This document shows, one piece after another, positions 1-8,372 of a stretch of DNA of 16,978 nucleotides. A program made the position numbers and the translations under genes. Origin of the DNA: Waddliaceae bacterium (GTDB lineage Bacteria; Chlamydiota; Chlamydiia; Chlamydiales; SLFE01). Location: contig CAWAPJ010000041.1 of assembly GCA_963783885.1 (NCBI GenBank), forward strand, positions 1-16,978. Direction: 5' to 3'. The notes below the pieces were generated by a model. It made no database searches. It had not been told where the DNA came from and saw only the letters and a program-made list of their open reading frames with translations. Positions within the stretch are counted from its first letter, which is position 1. Every line of letters begins with the position of its first letter.

Positions 1-80
1 ACGAATAAGCAGAAAGTAAGTCTTTAGTTTAATCTTCGGTATTGATAGGATGCCTTCTAAATTAATCAGGAGGTTTTTTT

Positions 81-635
81 ATGCAACCGAAAGAAATTGG
101 TCAACCTGACCCAAGGGCAGCTTTTTTTAACACCATAAATGAAAAGCTTGATAGTCAGATTGGCGAAGAGGTTTTTACAAAATTATTCGAGGCGGCTCTT
201 AAAGGCTGCAAGGTGGTCGATTGGAAGCGGGAAAAAGAAGACCACACCTTTCGGCTTATTCTCGACAGCGCCTATAGTGCTGAAATTACTGCGGGCAAAA
301 TCTTTCATTTGGAAAAGGTAATTCTCTGTCAGCTTGTACCCGATAGGCATGAAATCGTGTTACCCAAGGTCTTGGAATATAAAGAATCAGGGAAGAGCAT
401 AGATCCAGCGAACAAGAATTTGAACGCTATTTGGGCAAGTGAAAATTGGAGATTCGTTGTTTATACCGGAGTTGGCTATTCCATCAAGTGGAACAAAGAA
501 GCAAGAACAATCACGACTCTCAATATCAATGACGCTCCTTTTGGTGTCAATTCTAAAAGAGTACGAAAACTTGACGATGTGCTTGAAGAGTGGAATAGTA
601 GTCAGCGCAAGGCTCTACCCTCAACCGAACAGTAA
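81..635 (+). CDS. Hypothetical protein (184 aa)
   Basis: ATG at 81 preceded by a strong SD (AGGAGG, 68-73). No family motif recognised. Its 3' end overlaps the convergent F-box gene by 15 nt (621-635). Confidence 0.8.
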   Translation: MQPKEIGQPDPRAAFFNTINEKLDSQIGEEVFTKLFEAALKGCKVVDWKREKEDHTFRLILDSAYSAEITAGKIFHLEKVILCQLVPDRHEIVLPKVLEYKESGKSIDPANKNLNAIWASENWRFVVYTGVGYSIKWNKEARTITTLNINDAPFGVNSKRVRKLDDVLEEWNSSQRKALPSTEQ

Positions 636-1823
636 GTGGAAGACGGCTTTGAATAAATATAAGGCGCTGTAGGCTTCCAGGCCGGTGTATATCAAAAAAT
701 TGGCGGCGAATATACAAAGTGCTGCGACATTCCAAAAGGTCAGAAGCGAGGGGGTTGAAATCATCATCCCTATGAAGGTGATAAACAAGTTTAAAAAGGT
801 GCCGCAAACATAGAGCAGCAATAAATTGATGCAAAATATTAGGCCGGTCTTTGCGATCTGAAAGAATAAAGGGAGGGCTTCCCGAGATATTATTGCAGCT
901 AGCGAGGCAATAGATCTGATTGTATCCGACGCGATTGTCTTAGCTCGGAATCCCGTGGCTTCAATCTTCAACCAGCTTGCTTTGGGATATTTTTGTTTGA
1001 TAATTCTCAAATCTTGGGCTTCTACTCGTTTTCCCGACCAGAGCAATTCCCTGACCGCTCCTGAAGAGAAATTCGTGCCGCTTAGAGATTGTTGAAAATT
1101 TCTGTGTGAAAAACGAACCCCCTTTCCCTTCAAAATTTTTATGATCTTCTCATTAACCACAACATTGTTTAAAGATGTAATCGTTGCCAAAGTATTTAAA
1201 AACGTGGAAAGGTTGCTTCTTCTAATATTTTTTCTACCATCGTTATGATAAAGTTGTTGCCCAGCAGCATGATGATCGAGAAGAGTGAGGTTGGCGTTGG
1301 AAATTTTTCTGTCAATACAATCAAATAAATATCGCAAAACCTTCGGGTCAATGCAATTTTGCTGTTCATTGCACTGTTCGATGTAGTAAATAATATCTGA
1401 AAGAAAAACGCGATATTCGGCATAGGATGTTTTGAGTTTTTCGACTAGAAACTTTAATTCTTGAAGACTCCCTCCATTTTTTAAAATACCAAGCAATGCC
1501 GAGTAGTCAAAGTTATTGGCGGGAGGGGGCAACTTGTTCCGAATGTCATCCGATTCCGGATGGAAAGCAATATTTTGCCGTTTTGCGATATTGCATATCG
1601 TGGAGATTCTTTGGCATAGTATTTTAATATTTCCGTTTTTTTCCGGCAGAATATGTCGAATGTTATAAGCTTTTAAAAGGGGAGCGTCGTTCACAATCCC
1701 TTTAAAATGAGAGCAGGAATCCGAGCAATTCGATAAAGAAAAGGGATCTAGAAAAGAAAAGATATGGGTAGTCAATTCATTGGGCAATAAAAGAAACGGA
1801 TTGGATTGATCAACGGTATTCAT
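621..1823 (-). CDS. F-box domain protein with C-terminal multi-pass hydrophobic domain (about 400 aa), putative secreted effector
   Basis: Start reassigned from 1997 to the ATG at 1823 (MNTVDQ...), which has AGGGAGG just upstream and avoids overlap with the divergent ACT gene. Residues ~9-46 (PFLLLPNELTTHIFSFLDPFSLSNCSDSCSHFKGIVND) match the F-box consensus. The last ~80 aa are strongly hydrophobic (2-3 TM segments). Confidence 0.85.
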   Translation of the reverse strand: MNTVDQSNPFLLLPNELTTHIFSFLDPFSLSNCSDSCSHFKGIVNDAPLLKAYNIRHILPEKNGNIKILCQRISTICNIAKRQNIAFHPESDDIRNKLPPPANNFDYSALLGILKNGGSLQELKFLVEKLKTSYAEYRVFLSDIIYYIEQCNEQQNCIDPKVLRYLFDCIDRKISNANLTLLDHHAAGQQLYHNDGRKNIRRSNLSTFLNTLATITSLNNVVVNEKIIKILKGKGVRFSHRNFQQSLSGTNFSSGAVRELLWSGKRVEAQDLRIIKQKYPKASWLKIEATGFRAKTIASDTIRSIASLAAIISREALPLFFQIAKTGLIFCINLLLLYVCGTFLNLFITFIGMMISTPSLLTFWNVAALCIFAANFLIYTGLEAYSALYLFKAVFHLLFG

Positions 1824-1911
1824 GAATTTCCTCCCTATTCTATCAATTATTTTAATATAGGCAAGCATGGCATGAATTTTGCTTTGGTCCTCGTGTACCC
1901 AGGAGGTTGCT

Positions 1912-2298
1912 ATGATTACAGAATTTTGTTTTACGGTTCCCGACAAGCCAGGAGAGCTTACTGCAATTGCGCGTGCTCTGGGCAATTCGGGAGTCAATAT
2001 AGAAGGCCTTGCCGATGTGAGTTCATTCGGCCCTACAGCTCATTTTCATCTTGTTGTCGATGATGAGAAAAAAGCTGTCAAAGTTTTGGAAAACGCCGGG
2101 ATACATTTTAAGCAAAAAGAAGCCCTTTTGCTTAAGCTGGAAAATGAGCCGGGGACGATGGCCAATCTTTCAAAGCGCCTTTCCGACGAAGGGGTCAACA
2201 TTACCTCTTTTTACGTGACAATGCGCGGCAATCAGGTGCTGGGAACCGACAATCTGAACAAAGCGAAAAAAATAGCCGAAGATCTTGACGTTATTTAA
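1912..2298 (+). CDS. ACT domain-containing protein (two ACT repeats, 128 aa)
   Basis: SD AGGAGG at 1901-1906, ATG at 1912. Two ACT signatures: DKPGELTAIARALGNSGVNI and NEPGTMANLSKRLSDEGVNI. Confidence 0.9.
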   Translation: MITEFCFTVPDKPGELTAIARALGNSGVNIEGLADVSSFGPTAHFHLVVDDEKKAVKVLENAGIHFKQKEALLLKLENEPGTMANLSKRLSDEGVNITSFYVTMRGNQVLGTDNLNKAKKIAEDLDVI

Positions 2299-2344
2299 TT
2301 TCGAAAAGCTTTCCGTCGGGATAGCTCGCTATCAACTCCTTTAG

Positions 2345-2382
2345 CGGCCAGCTTCAAATTGTCCTCAAATTTGAACTGGCCG
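2345..2382. repeat. Imperfect inverted repeat / stable hairpin in the intergenic region between convergent genes
   Basis: CGGCCAG(C)TTCAAATT, 7-nt loop, AATTTGAACTGGCCG: a 15-bp stem with one bulged C. No adjacent U-tract, so not a canonical intrinsic terminator. Confidence 0.7.
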
Positions 2383-2447
2383 GCGATCATTCGATCAAAA
2401 CTTTGGTGAACCAATGCGGGTTTTCCCTTGCAAGCAAACAATCAGAA

Positions 2448-2480
2448 TTTTTAGAGGATACATAAAAAGCCTCCAAAATT
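2448..2480. terminator. Weak possible terminator hairpin between the ACT gene (+) and the GT-like gene (-)
   Basis: TTTTAGAGG ... CCTCCAAAA inverted repeat with one mismatch and a long loop, about 25 nt past the stop of the minus-strand gene. Confidence 0.25.
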
Positions 2481-2503
2481 AGCTTAAAATCTTAGCTTAG
2501 AAT

Positions 2504-4051
2504 TTAATATCTTATCATCATTTTGACCTTTTTTCGGGATCGCCCTTTCAACTTTTTCGCAGGAGGCCTTTTTCCTAGCACCGAACGTGTCGCCTGCATA
2601 ATTCTCTCCATTTTATGAGTGATTGAATCCGAGCTTTTATATTGCAGTTTTTCTATTTCGGCTAATTGGGAGTGTTTGTGCCGCAAAATCTGTTTTTTGA
2701 TATCGCCAATCAGCCAGTGTTCGATATTATAGTAAGATCTCAGGTATTGAAATAAGGTATTAAACTGGCTCTGAAGGTTATTTTCCTGAAGATATCCAGC
2801 CATGACGGCTATTGTTTCCGTTTCTTCTTCCTCATCAAAACAATATAGGGTTGTAGCATCAAGAAAATGAACGATCGTGCTTAACCGGCCAAAAAGATAT
2901 TCTGCTGTTTTCGTAAATTGTTCAATTAAATCGCGTTTCCACGGCTGGACTTGATAGAAGGGAATTTTATCATTCATAGAAATAATTTCTGCAAAGGATT
3001 GATCGCCGCTTAAAAGTGTCGGCCCTTCGGAGATATTGCGCATGGTGATCATGTCTTGCGGGTCCAGTTGATCGGTCAGGATAAATGTCACCTCGCGGTC
3101 TGTAGAAACTTTTGTCTTTTGTACAGTGGCTCGGTATCTTTCCTCGTAGTTGAAATGACGAATTTTACTGATATTCTGAAGCTTATCTAAGAATTCTTTC
3201 CGTATTGGAGGAAAATCCGGATTTGTGTCGCGGATGACAAAGACAAGAGACTCAGATGTTTGGTCTGCCAATATTATCGTTCTAATAAAACGATGGAGGT
3301 AATTGATGTTTCCTGTGGAATTATAACCGAAAAAAATCCGGCTTTCAGGATTCTTGGCTAAAATTGACTTGAGGTCTTTTTTTAATTGAGCATTGTGCAA
3401 GGCATCAATCTCTGAGGGTTGCTGCCTTGATGTATCAATATGAATGCCAACCGTAGGAAGGCTGCAGGAGGATTTTCCAATTCCCGCTGAGTGCCATCCC
3501 CGCTTTTTGTATTCACTTGCACTGAGATGTCGATAGGCCCCTTTGCAGCGCCAGCCATTGTATTCATCAATATGGTAGACAATTTTTCCGTCTGGATGAC
3601 TTATACTGGATTCCGGTGTAGCGACATCGATGAGAATAGACAAGGCATCATCCTTTTCAGTTTGATTCTCTGAATTGCTAGAATCGCGAGCAATGATCCC
3701 TTCTTTTTCCAAATAATCTTTAAATGGCAAGGCGCTGTCTTCAGCTATGTATTCAAATTCTCTTTGCGATGAAGGAAAATGCTTGGCTAGAGATTGAATT
3801 GTTTTTACAGCGAACATAAGGTCGCCGAGTCCATTGTGACATTGACAACGAATCGTAAAGTGGATGGAGGTGTCGTCAATTTCAATAGGGTAATGGAGTT
3901 TGGAGATGATCTGCCGAAAGAGGTTTTTTTTATAAGCTTTCTTGTTATAACCTCCAGAAAAATCCAGCTTGGTAAAAAATTCTTCGACCCGTGATTTTAA
4001 TGCCGGGTTGTTATAAAGGGTGTTTGACAAAGTGCGGGACATTTTTTGCAT
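2504..4051 (-). CDS. Hypothetical protein with GT-B glycosyltransferase-like (EarP-like) motifs and a basic NLS-like C-terminus (about 515 aa)
   Basis: Start reassigned to the ATG at 4051 (MQKMSR...) with SD AGGAGA at 4056-4061. Motifs CQCHNGLGDLMFAVK and LLSGDQSFAEIIS..KIPFYQVQPWK resemble the two Rossmann-domain motifs of EarP-type GT-B enzymes. It ends KRPPAKKLKGRSRKKVK. The CDS is secure and the function is inferred. Confidence 0.6.
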   Translation of the reverse strand: MQKMSRTLSNTLYNNPALKSRVEEFFTKLDFSGGYNKKAYKKNLFRQIISKLHYPIEIDDTSIHFTIRCQCHNGLGDLMFAVKTIQSLAKHFPSSQREFEYIAEDSALPFKDYLEKEGIIARDSSNSENQTEKDDALSILIDVATPESSISHPDGKIVYHIDEYNGWRCKGAYRHLSASEYKKRGWHSAGIGKSSCSLPTVGIHIDTSRQQPSEIDALHNAQLKKDLKSILAKNPESRIFFGYNSTGNINYLHRFIRTIILADQTSESLVFVIRDTNPDFPPIRKEFLDKLQNISKIRHFNYEERYRATVQKTKVSTDREVTFILTDQLDPQDMITMRNISEGPTLLSGDQSFAEIISMNDKIPFYQVQPWKRDLIEQFTKTAEYLFGRLSTIVHFLDATTLYCFDEEEETETIAVMAGYLQENNLQSQFNTLFQYLRSYYNIEHWLIGDIKKQILRHKHSQLAEIEKLQYKSSDSITHKMERIMQATRSVLGKRPPAKKLKGRSRKKVKMMIRY

Positions 4052-4631
4052 ATCTTCTCCTATTTCTTTGAGGACTCGGCCCATCGAATCTTTCGCTATT
4101 TTCAATCGAGATTAGGGCGGTAGTCAAGGATTGTTTGCAAAACTCTTTGCGGTTGATGCGGCCGTTTGTAAAAAATCCGACACCTCCTATGGAGGCGCCA
4201 AGTTGAGGATCAGACGTCAGGCCGCACTGAAACATAGCTTCATTGAGGTCTAGTCCCTCTTCAATCATTAACCGGGCGACCTCTTTCGGCAGCCGAAAGC
4301 CGCATGACATGCCGATATGATGCTTTTCCCCATCAAAAATCGAACAAATGCTGACAATCATATATTCGCCGTCGGTTTCGGGGACCGCCATCATGCCCCC
4401 TTCGAGGCCGATGCTGAGATGGCAGTGTCTAAAAGCGTTTTCCGCCCGCGTTTTGGCTCCTCGTATGGTCTCTTCAAGCGTTAGAGGCTGCTCGCTGACT
4501 CCCGACTCCACAGCGATTCCCCTGACGTCGCAATCGGCGAGAATTGGAGCGTCTGCAATGACTTCTTTGACAGCTTCTACTTTATTTTTGTTGGTTGACC
4601 CGACTAAGATACAGGGATTTTGTATGCTCAT
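4011..4631 (-). CDS. yjjX: Inosine/xanthosine triphosphatase (YjjX / NTPase_I-T family)
   Basis: Motifs VGSTNKNKVEAV, SGVSEQP..LEETIRGAKTRA, IGLEGG, GFRLP and GGVGFFTNG.INR. Probable start at ATG 4631 (AGGA upstream). As read, the C-terminus is extended and overlaps the next gene by 41 nt. Confidence 0.9.
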   Translation of the reverse strand: MSIQNPCILVGSTNKNKVEAVKEVIADAPILADCDVRGIAVESGVSEQPLTLEETIRGAKTRAENAFRHCHLSIGLEGGMMAVPETDGEYMIVSICSIFDGEKHHIGMSCGFRLPKEVARLMIEEGLDLNEAMFQCGLTSDPQLGASIGGVGFFTNGRINRKEFCKQSLTTALISIENSERFDGPSPQRNRRRYAKNVPHFVKHPL

Positions 4632-4671
4632 AGTAAGAGTTCCTAAAATTAAACAATAGACGATCATATTA

Positions 4672-5751
4672 TCACTTTTCTAAAAATTGTTTCAGCCATT
4701 CTTTAAATTCCTCGTGAAGTTCCGGAGCGATCCAGTCGGAGTAGAACCTTTCGGGAAACCACTGCAGCCTGAAGAGAAGCCATGTCGTTTTATAGGTGGG
4801 TGAGACATCGCGGAGTTTTTTCGCGATAAGCGGGTAGCCGGGAACCAAAAGCTCATGCCAGCTGCTTGCAGGGGACTTCGGGTTGCTTGAAATCAAATTG
4901 TAAAGGATCTCTGCTCGTTCAATAATTTCCCTTTTTTGCTTTTCTGTCAGCTCATAAGGAGTCATGGGATGCTCGAAGTAGCGGCTAGCATCTTCGATTC
5001 GCTCCGGCCACGACCCAATCAAATCCTCAAGCCAAGTTTTGAATTTTCCCGTTATCATCCTCTCGGCTTGGGGGAAATCCCAGCCGATCCAGTTAAAAGG
5101 CGTTATAAGAGAGGGAAAGTCGCCACCCTCTCCCAAAGGGGCGAACTCGGTTCTGCCAAAAGCAACCTCCGTATCAAACAGCCCCATGAAGACATAGCCT
5201 TCGCGGCAAAATGTATAAAAGCAGTTTTCATTATGCATATCTTCCAGAGCAAAGAGCAAAACAGCCAGCGCGCACTTAAGAAAGGAGTCGAATGTGATCA
5301 ACTCGAAGAGCTGTTCGATATAGCTTTGGCTTGCGGTCACATCATTTTTCTGGTAAAGCTGCAGTTCTCCTGAAATTCCATAGAGCGTCAGCGGCATGGA
5401 AGGGGTAAGAACATCCTCGAGGCCGAAAATTCCGCTTAGCTCCCAGGTGATAACTTCGGGTATTCTCGGTCCCTGGCTTTTGAATACCGCGATGATGTCA
5501 TTGGTTTCTATGTCGGTGATATAATGGATATAAGAGCGTCTGTCCCCTTGAGGATAGTCTTCCAGCCGCATAGATGACTGCTGCTTGAGCGCTTTTTCTG
5601 CCGCAAGCAAAAGCTGCTGCTGTTTTTTGAAAAAGCTTCCCTTTGAAAATGAAGGAATGTCCCTTTGATAGGCTTGGATCCTCTCAGCTTCAAAATGCGC
5701 AAAGATTCCGGAATGCACAATCAACACGAGGAATATGAGCCATTTTCTCAT
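4672..5751 (-). CDS. Atypical kinase (PI3/PI4-kinase-like / HipA-like fold) with N-terminal signal peptide (about 359 aa)
   Basis: ATG at 5751 gives MRKWLIFLVLIVHSGIFA (basic, hydrophobic, ending in Ala). Kinase-like motifs in order: AVFK (ATP-binding Lys), PEV (alphaC Glu), GELQLY (hinge), DMHNEN (catalytic loop DxHxxN) and LFDTE (metal-binding Asp). Confidence 0.7.
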   Translation of the reverse strand: MRKWLIFLVLIVHSGIFAHFEAERIQAYQRDIPSFSKGSFFKKQQQLLLAAEKALKQQSSMRLEDYPQGDRRSYIHYITDIETNDIIAVFKSQGPRIPEVITWELSGIFGLEDVLTPSMPLTLYGISGELQLYQKNDVTASQSYIEQLFELITFDSFLKCALAVLLFALEDMHNENCFYTFCREGYVFMGLFDTEVAFGRTEFAPLGEGGDFPSLITPFNWIGWDFPQAERMITGKFKTWLEDLIGSWPERIEDASRYFEHPMTPYELTEKQKREIIERAEILYNLISSNPKSPASSWHELLVPGYPLIAKKLRDVSPTYKTTWLLFRLQWFPERFYSDWIAPELHEEFKEWLKQFLEK

Positions 5752-5853
5752 GAACTTATCCGACAATTTCTAAATAGGATATACATGTCGAGAATTTAAT
5801 AGCAAAGACTATGATGACAGCCTGGACAATTTATGAATTATCGAAAAGATGCT

Positions 5854-6582
5854 TCAGTAGCTGTATTCCGCTTTAAGACGCATGCAGAGAAAATACAATC
5901 GTTTTGATTCCGGAGCAAAAAGAATATTTTGGGGAAAGCTTAAATCGACAAAGCGGAATGCAGGAGAGAGGCTGAAGGACCAATGCTCAGAAGGTTTCCA
6001 GATTAGGGAGATATTTCCTTCATATGAGGGAGTTTTTTCCAGATGATGATAGTTGGCCTCAATGACGGGATGGAGATAACGCCAGAGGGTATAAGTCATC
6101 ATGTCGAGTTTGAACTCCGCTTTAAGAGATAGGCTGGGGCGGCAGTCATAGTTCAAAGCAAGTCCCAGAGGAATGTAGAGATAGTTGATTTCTTGAAGAA
6201 GGTCGGAAGGCCGAATTCTTTTAAAACGGTGCTGCCGAATGCCATAGCCGATAAAAGGAGTGATATGAAGTTTAGAGTAATAAAAGTAGAGATTAAATCG
6301 GAAATTTCCATCCAATTCGGTATACTGAATGCGGATATCGTCATCAAAAAGATCTTCGCCGCCGAGCGGGCCTAAGATTCCATAAAGGCAGATCGTATAT
6401 CCTGTGGTCTGATATCGATGTTCATGTATGGCCCGAAATCCTCCGACAAAGCCGGACATAAAAGTATTTGACGGTATCGAATTCAACCAAAGATAATCGA
6501 TATCGCTTTCCAATGAAAAAGTATCGTGATAGCGGGCCGTTAAGTTGGCGATTGACAAGATAAATAAAATTACGAAACGCAA
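5854..6582 (-). CDS. Putative outer-membrane beta-barrel protein (242 aa)
   Basis: TTG start with signal peptide (MRFVILFILSIANLTA). Aromatic-rich amphipathic strands (ITPFIGYG, YLYIPLGLALNY, WSFSLSPAFRF) and a C-terminal beta-signal-like end (MRLKAEYSY). Overlaps the upstream gene by 13 nt. Confidence 0.7.
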   Translation of the reverse strand: MRFVILFILSIANLTARYHDTFSLESDIDYLWLNSIPSNTFMSGFVGGFRAIHEHRYQTTGYTICLYGILGPLGGEDLFDDDIRIQYTELDGNFRFNLYFYYSKLHITPFIGYGIRQHRFKRIRPSDLLQEINYLYIPLGLALNYDCRPSLSLKAEFKLDMMTYTLWRYLHPVIEANYHHLEKTPSYEGNISLIWKPSEHWSFSLSPAFRFVDLSFPQNILFAPESKRLYFLCMRLKAEYSY

Positions 6583-7511
6583 GTTTTTTCTCGGGATGCA
6601 AATATCTGGGCTATCAAGCCGGTAAATTGATTGATGATTTTATCCATTAACCGGCTGTTTTGATCAATCAATAGTTTCTTGCGATGTTTATTTAAATAAC
6701 CAGCCAGTTCAAATGCTGACTGAGAATTTTGAAGCCGGTTCTCAAGATGAATGTGGGAAGAAGCGGCAAGGTTTGCGTCAATACTGTACGCTTGAAACAG
6801 CATTTCAGGAATCGTCGAGGGAATGCTTTCGAATGAGGCAATGAGATTCATAAATCGTGCTATGTATTTCGGGTTGATAAAATAAGCAGCAAGCAGCATC
6901 TCTTCCTTTAAATCTTTATCGGGGACATTTTCAAGAACATTTGCTACTTCTTTGAGGATTTTGAGCTCTGCAGTTTCCGGCAGACACGATAAAAATCCAA
7001 AATTTGTGTCAGGCGAGCAATTTTTTATTAAGGAATTAAGCGGCCCAATAGCCTGCAGCCTTTGTTCTTCTGGAAGTTTCGCTACAAATGATCTTATGAG
7101 AGGGAAAAAATTGTCGAATCCTTTTTCTTGACTCAGTTTAACAATGCCGAGGGTGGCTTCATGTCTTTGGTTATGAGGGATTAAGCTAACCAATAAGGAT
7201 AGGTAATTCAAGTTGTCTAAGAGATTGGGCAGATTAGCTTGAGTCGCAATTTTGGAGAAGACCCGACTGATTTTATCCTTAATTTTAGAGATTTTAGCCT
7301 CCGGAAAAAATTTCGCGATCCTGATCTGTACCCAATGAAGCTCGAAAACATTGTGAATTTTAAACGATTGTTGATTTTGATCAATCCAGGAAAGAATCAT
7401 TTCAGTCAGGGAATTTTTTTGGGGAGAGGCTTTTGCCAGCGCCTGAAAAAAGTCTTTTCTTGAGCGGGCCGTTGTCAAACGAATCAAATCTTGTTGATAA
7501 GAAACATTCAT
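6570..7511 (-). CDS. Hypothetical alpha-helical protein (313 aa), possible degenerate helical repeats
   Basis: Long ORF filling the gap between lysR and the barrel gene. Leu/Ile-rich, with recurring IPHNQR / LPEEQR / LPETAE segments. Confidence 0.75.
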   Translation of the reverse strand: MNVSYQQDLIRLTTARSRKDFFQALAKASPQKNSLTEMILSWIDQNQQSFKIHNVFELHWVQIRIAKFFPEAKISKIKDKISRVFSKIATQANLPNLLDNLNYLSLLVSLIPHNQRHEATLGIVKLSQEKGFDNFFPLIRSFVAKLPEEQRLQAIGPLNSLIKNCSPDTNFGFLSCLPETAELKILKEVANVLENVPDKDLKEEMLLAAYFINPKYIARFMNLIASFESIPSTIPEMLFQAYSIDANLAASSHIHLENRLQNSQSAFELAGYLNKHRKKLLIDQNSRLMDKIINQFTGLIAQIFASREKTCVS

Positions 7512-7532
7512 AAATGGCTAAAGTATATCGCC

Positions 7533-8372
7533 TTACTGAATTTTTGACAAGATGCCAACAAAGCCCTCTATATTTTTATTGGGCTTTCTCCCTTTGGGGA
7601 GGATGGCAAAAAGTTTGTAGGGTAAGGGGCCGAGATTCAGGGAATACTCTTTCAATTTCGGCCTTTTGAAGGCGATATAGTCGGGGAAAAAACCGATGCC
7701 GAGCCCTTCTTCTGTGAGGGAAGCAATGGCCTCCCAGCTAAACACTTCCATATTCGTTTTGAGGTCTCGTTTCATTTTTTTTCGGTAGGCTTGTTTCAAA
7801 AGTTTTGTTTCCATTCTCTCCTCGGAAAGGATAAAGGGGAGATTTTTGGGAGTTGCGGCGGATTTGGCAATATAAAGCTTATGCTCGCCGCTGTAAATTT
7901 CGCGAGTTTGGAAATCGGACAAATCTTCGTTGTCAAGGACAATCCCGAAGTCGATCAGGCCTTTTTTAAGCATGTCCATAATCAGTCCTGGATGCCCCAG
8001 ACGGAAGTTAAGCTGCAGCTTGGGGAATTTCTTTTTGGCCTCCTTGAGTTTTTTGGGAAGGAGGGCGAGGGCAAAACTGTGAGTACAGGCGAAGTCTATT
8101 TTCCCTACATAATCTTCTGTTTGAAGAGACTCTTCAAGTTTTTTGATTTCATCAAAAATGGCGAGGCTCTTTTCAAATACCATCTGTCCCTCCGGGGTCG
8201 GACGCAGGCGGTTGGGGTGGTGGTGGATTAAGGGTTTTTTTAAAGAGCTTTCAAGTTTGGAAATGGCCTGGCTGACAGCCGATTGGGTCACAAAATTGTG
8301 TTTGGCAGATGCCGACACGCTGCCAAATCTGACGGCGTCGGAAAAGTATTTGAGATAAATGAGATTAAGCAT
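7533..8372 (-). CDS. LysR-family transcriptional regulator (279 aa)
   Basis: N-terminal HTH (LKYFSDAVRFGSVSASAKHNFVTQSAVSQAISKLESSL...PTPEG) and substrate-binding-domain features (GLIDFGI, EGLGIGFFP). Confidence 0.95.
   Translation of the reverse strand: MLNLIYLKYFSDAVRFGSVSASAKHNFVTQSAVSQAISKLESSLKKPLIHHHPNRLRPTPEGQMVFEKSLAIFDEIKKLEESLQTEDYVGKIDFACTHSFALALLPKKLKEAKKKFPKLQLNFRLGHPGLIMDMLKKGLIDFGIVLDNEDLSDFQTREIYSGEHKLYIAKSAATPKNLPFILSEERMETKLLKQAYRKKMKRDLKTNMEVFSWEAIASLTEEGLGIGFFPDYIAFKRPKLKEYSLNLGPLPYKLFAILPKGRKPNKNIEGFVGILSKIQ

Noticed and set aside
1824..1997. 58-aa N-terminal extension of the F-box ORF given by the ORF track
   Set aside because: It overlaps the divergent ACT gene, and the ATG at 1823 has a strong SD and puts the F-box at the N-terminus.
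2299..2503. tRNA, 6S RNA or other known ncRNA in the long intergenic gap
   Set aside because: No cloverleaf or T-loop consensus and no end-to-end long stem could be built by eye. Kept only as an unassigned structured region.
2504..4051. Naming the gene earP
   Set aside because: Only two short motifs resemble EarP, the protein is longer, and there is no neighbouring efp.
6570..6590. C-terminal ...KTCVS* of the 313-aa orphan as a third CaaX motif
   Set aside because: The Cys is at -3, not -4, and the codons overlap the start of the next gene.
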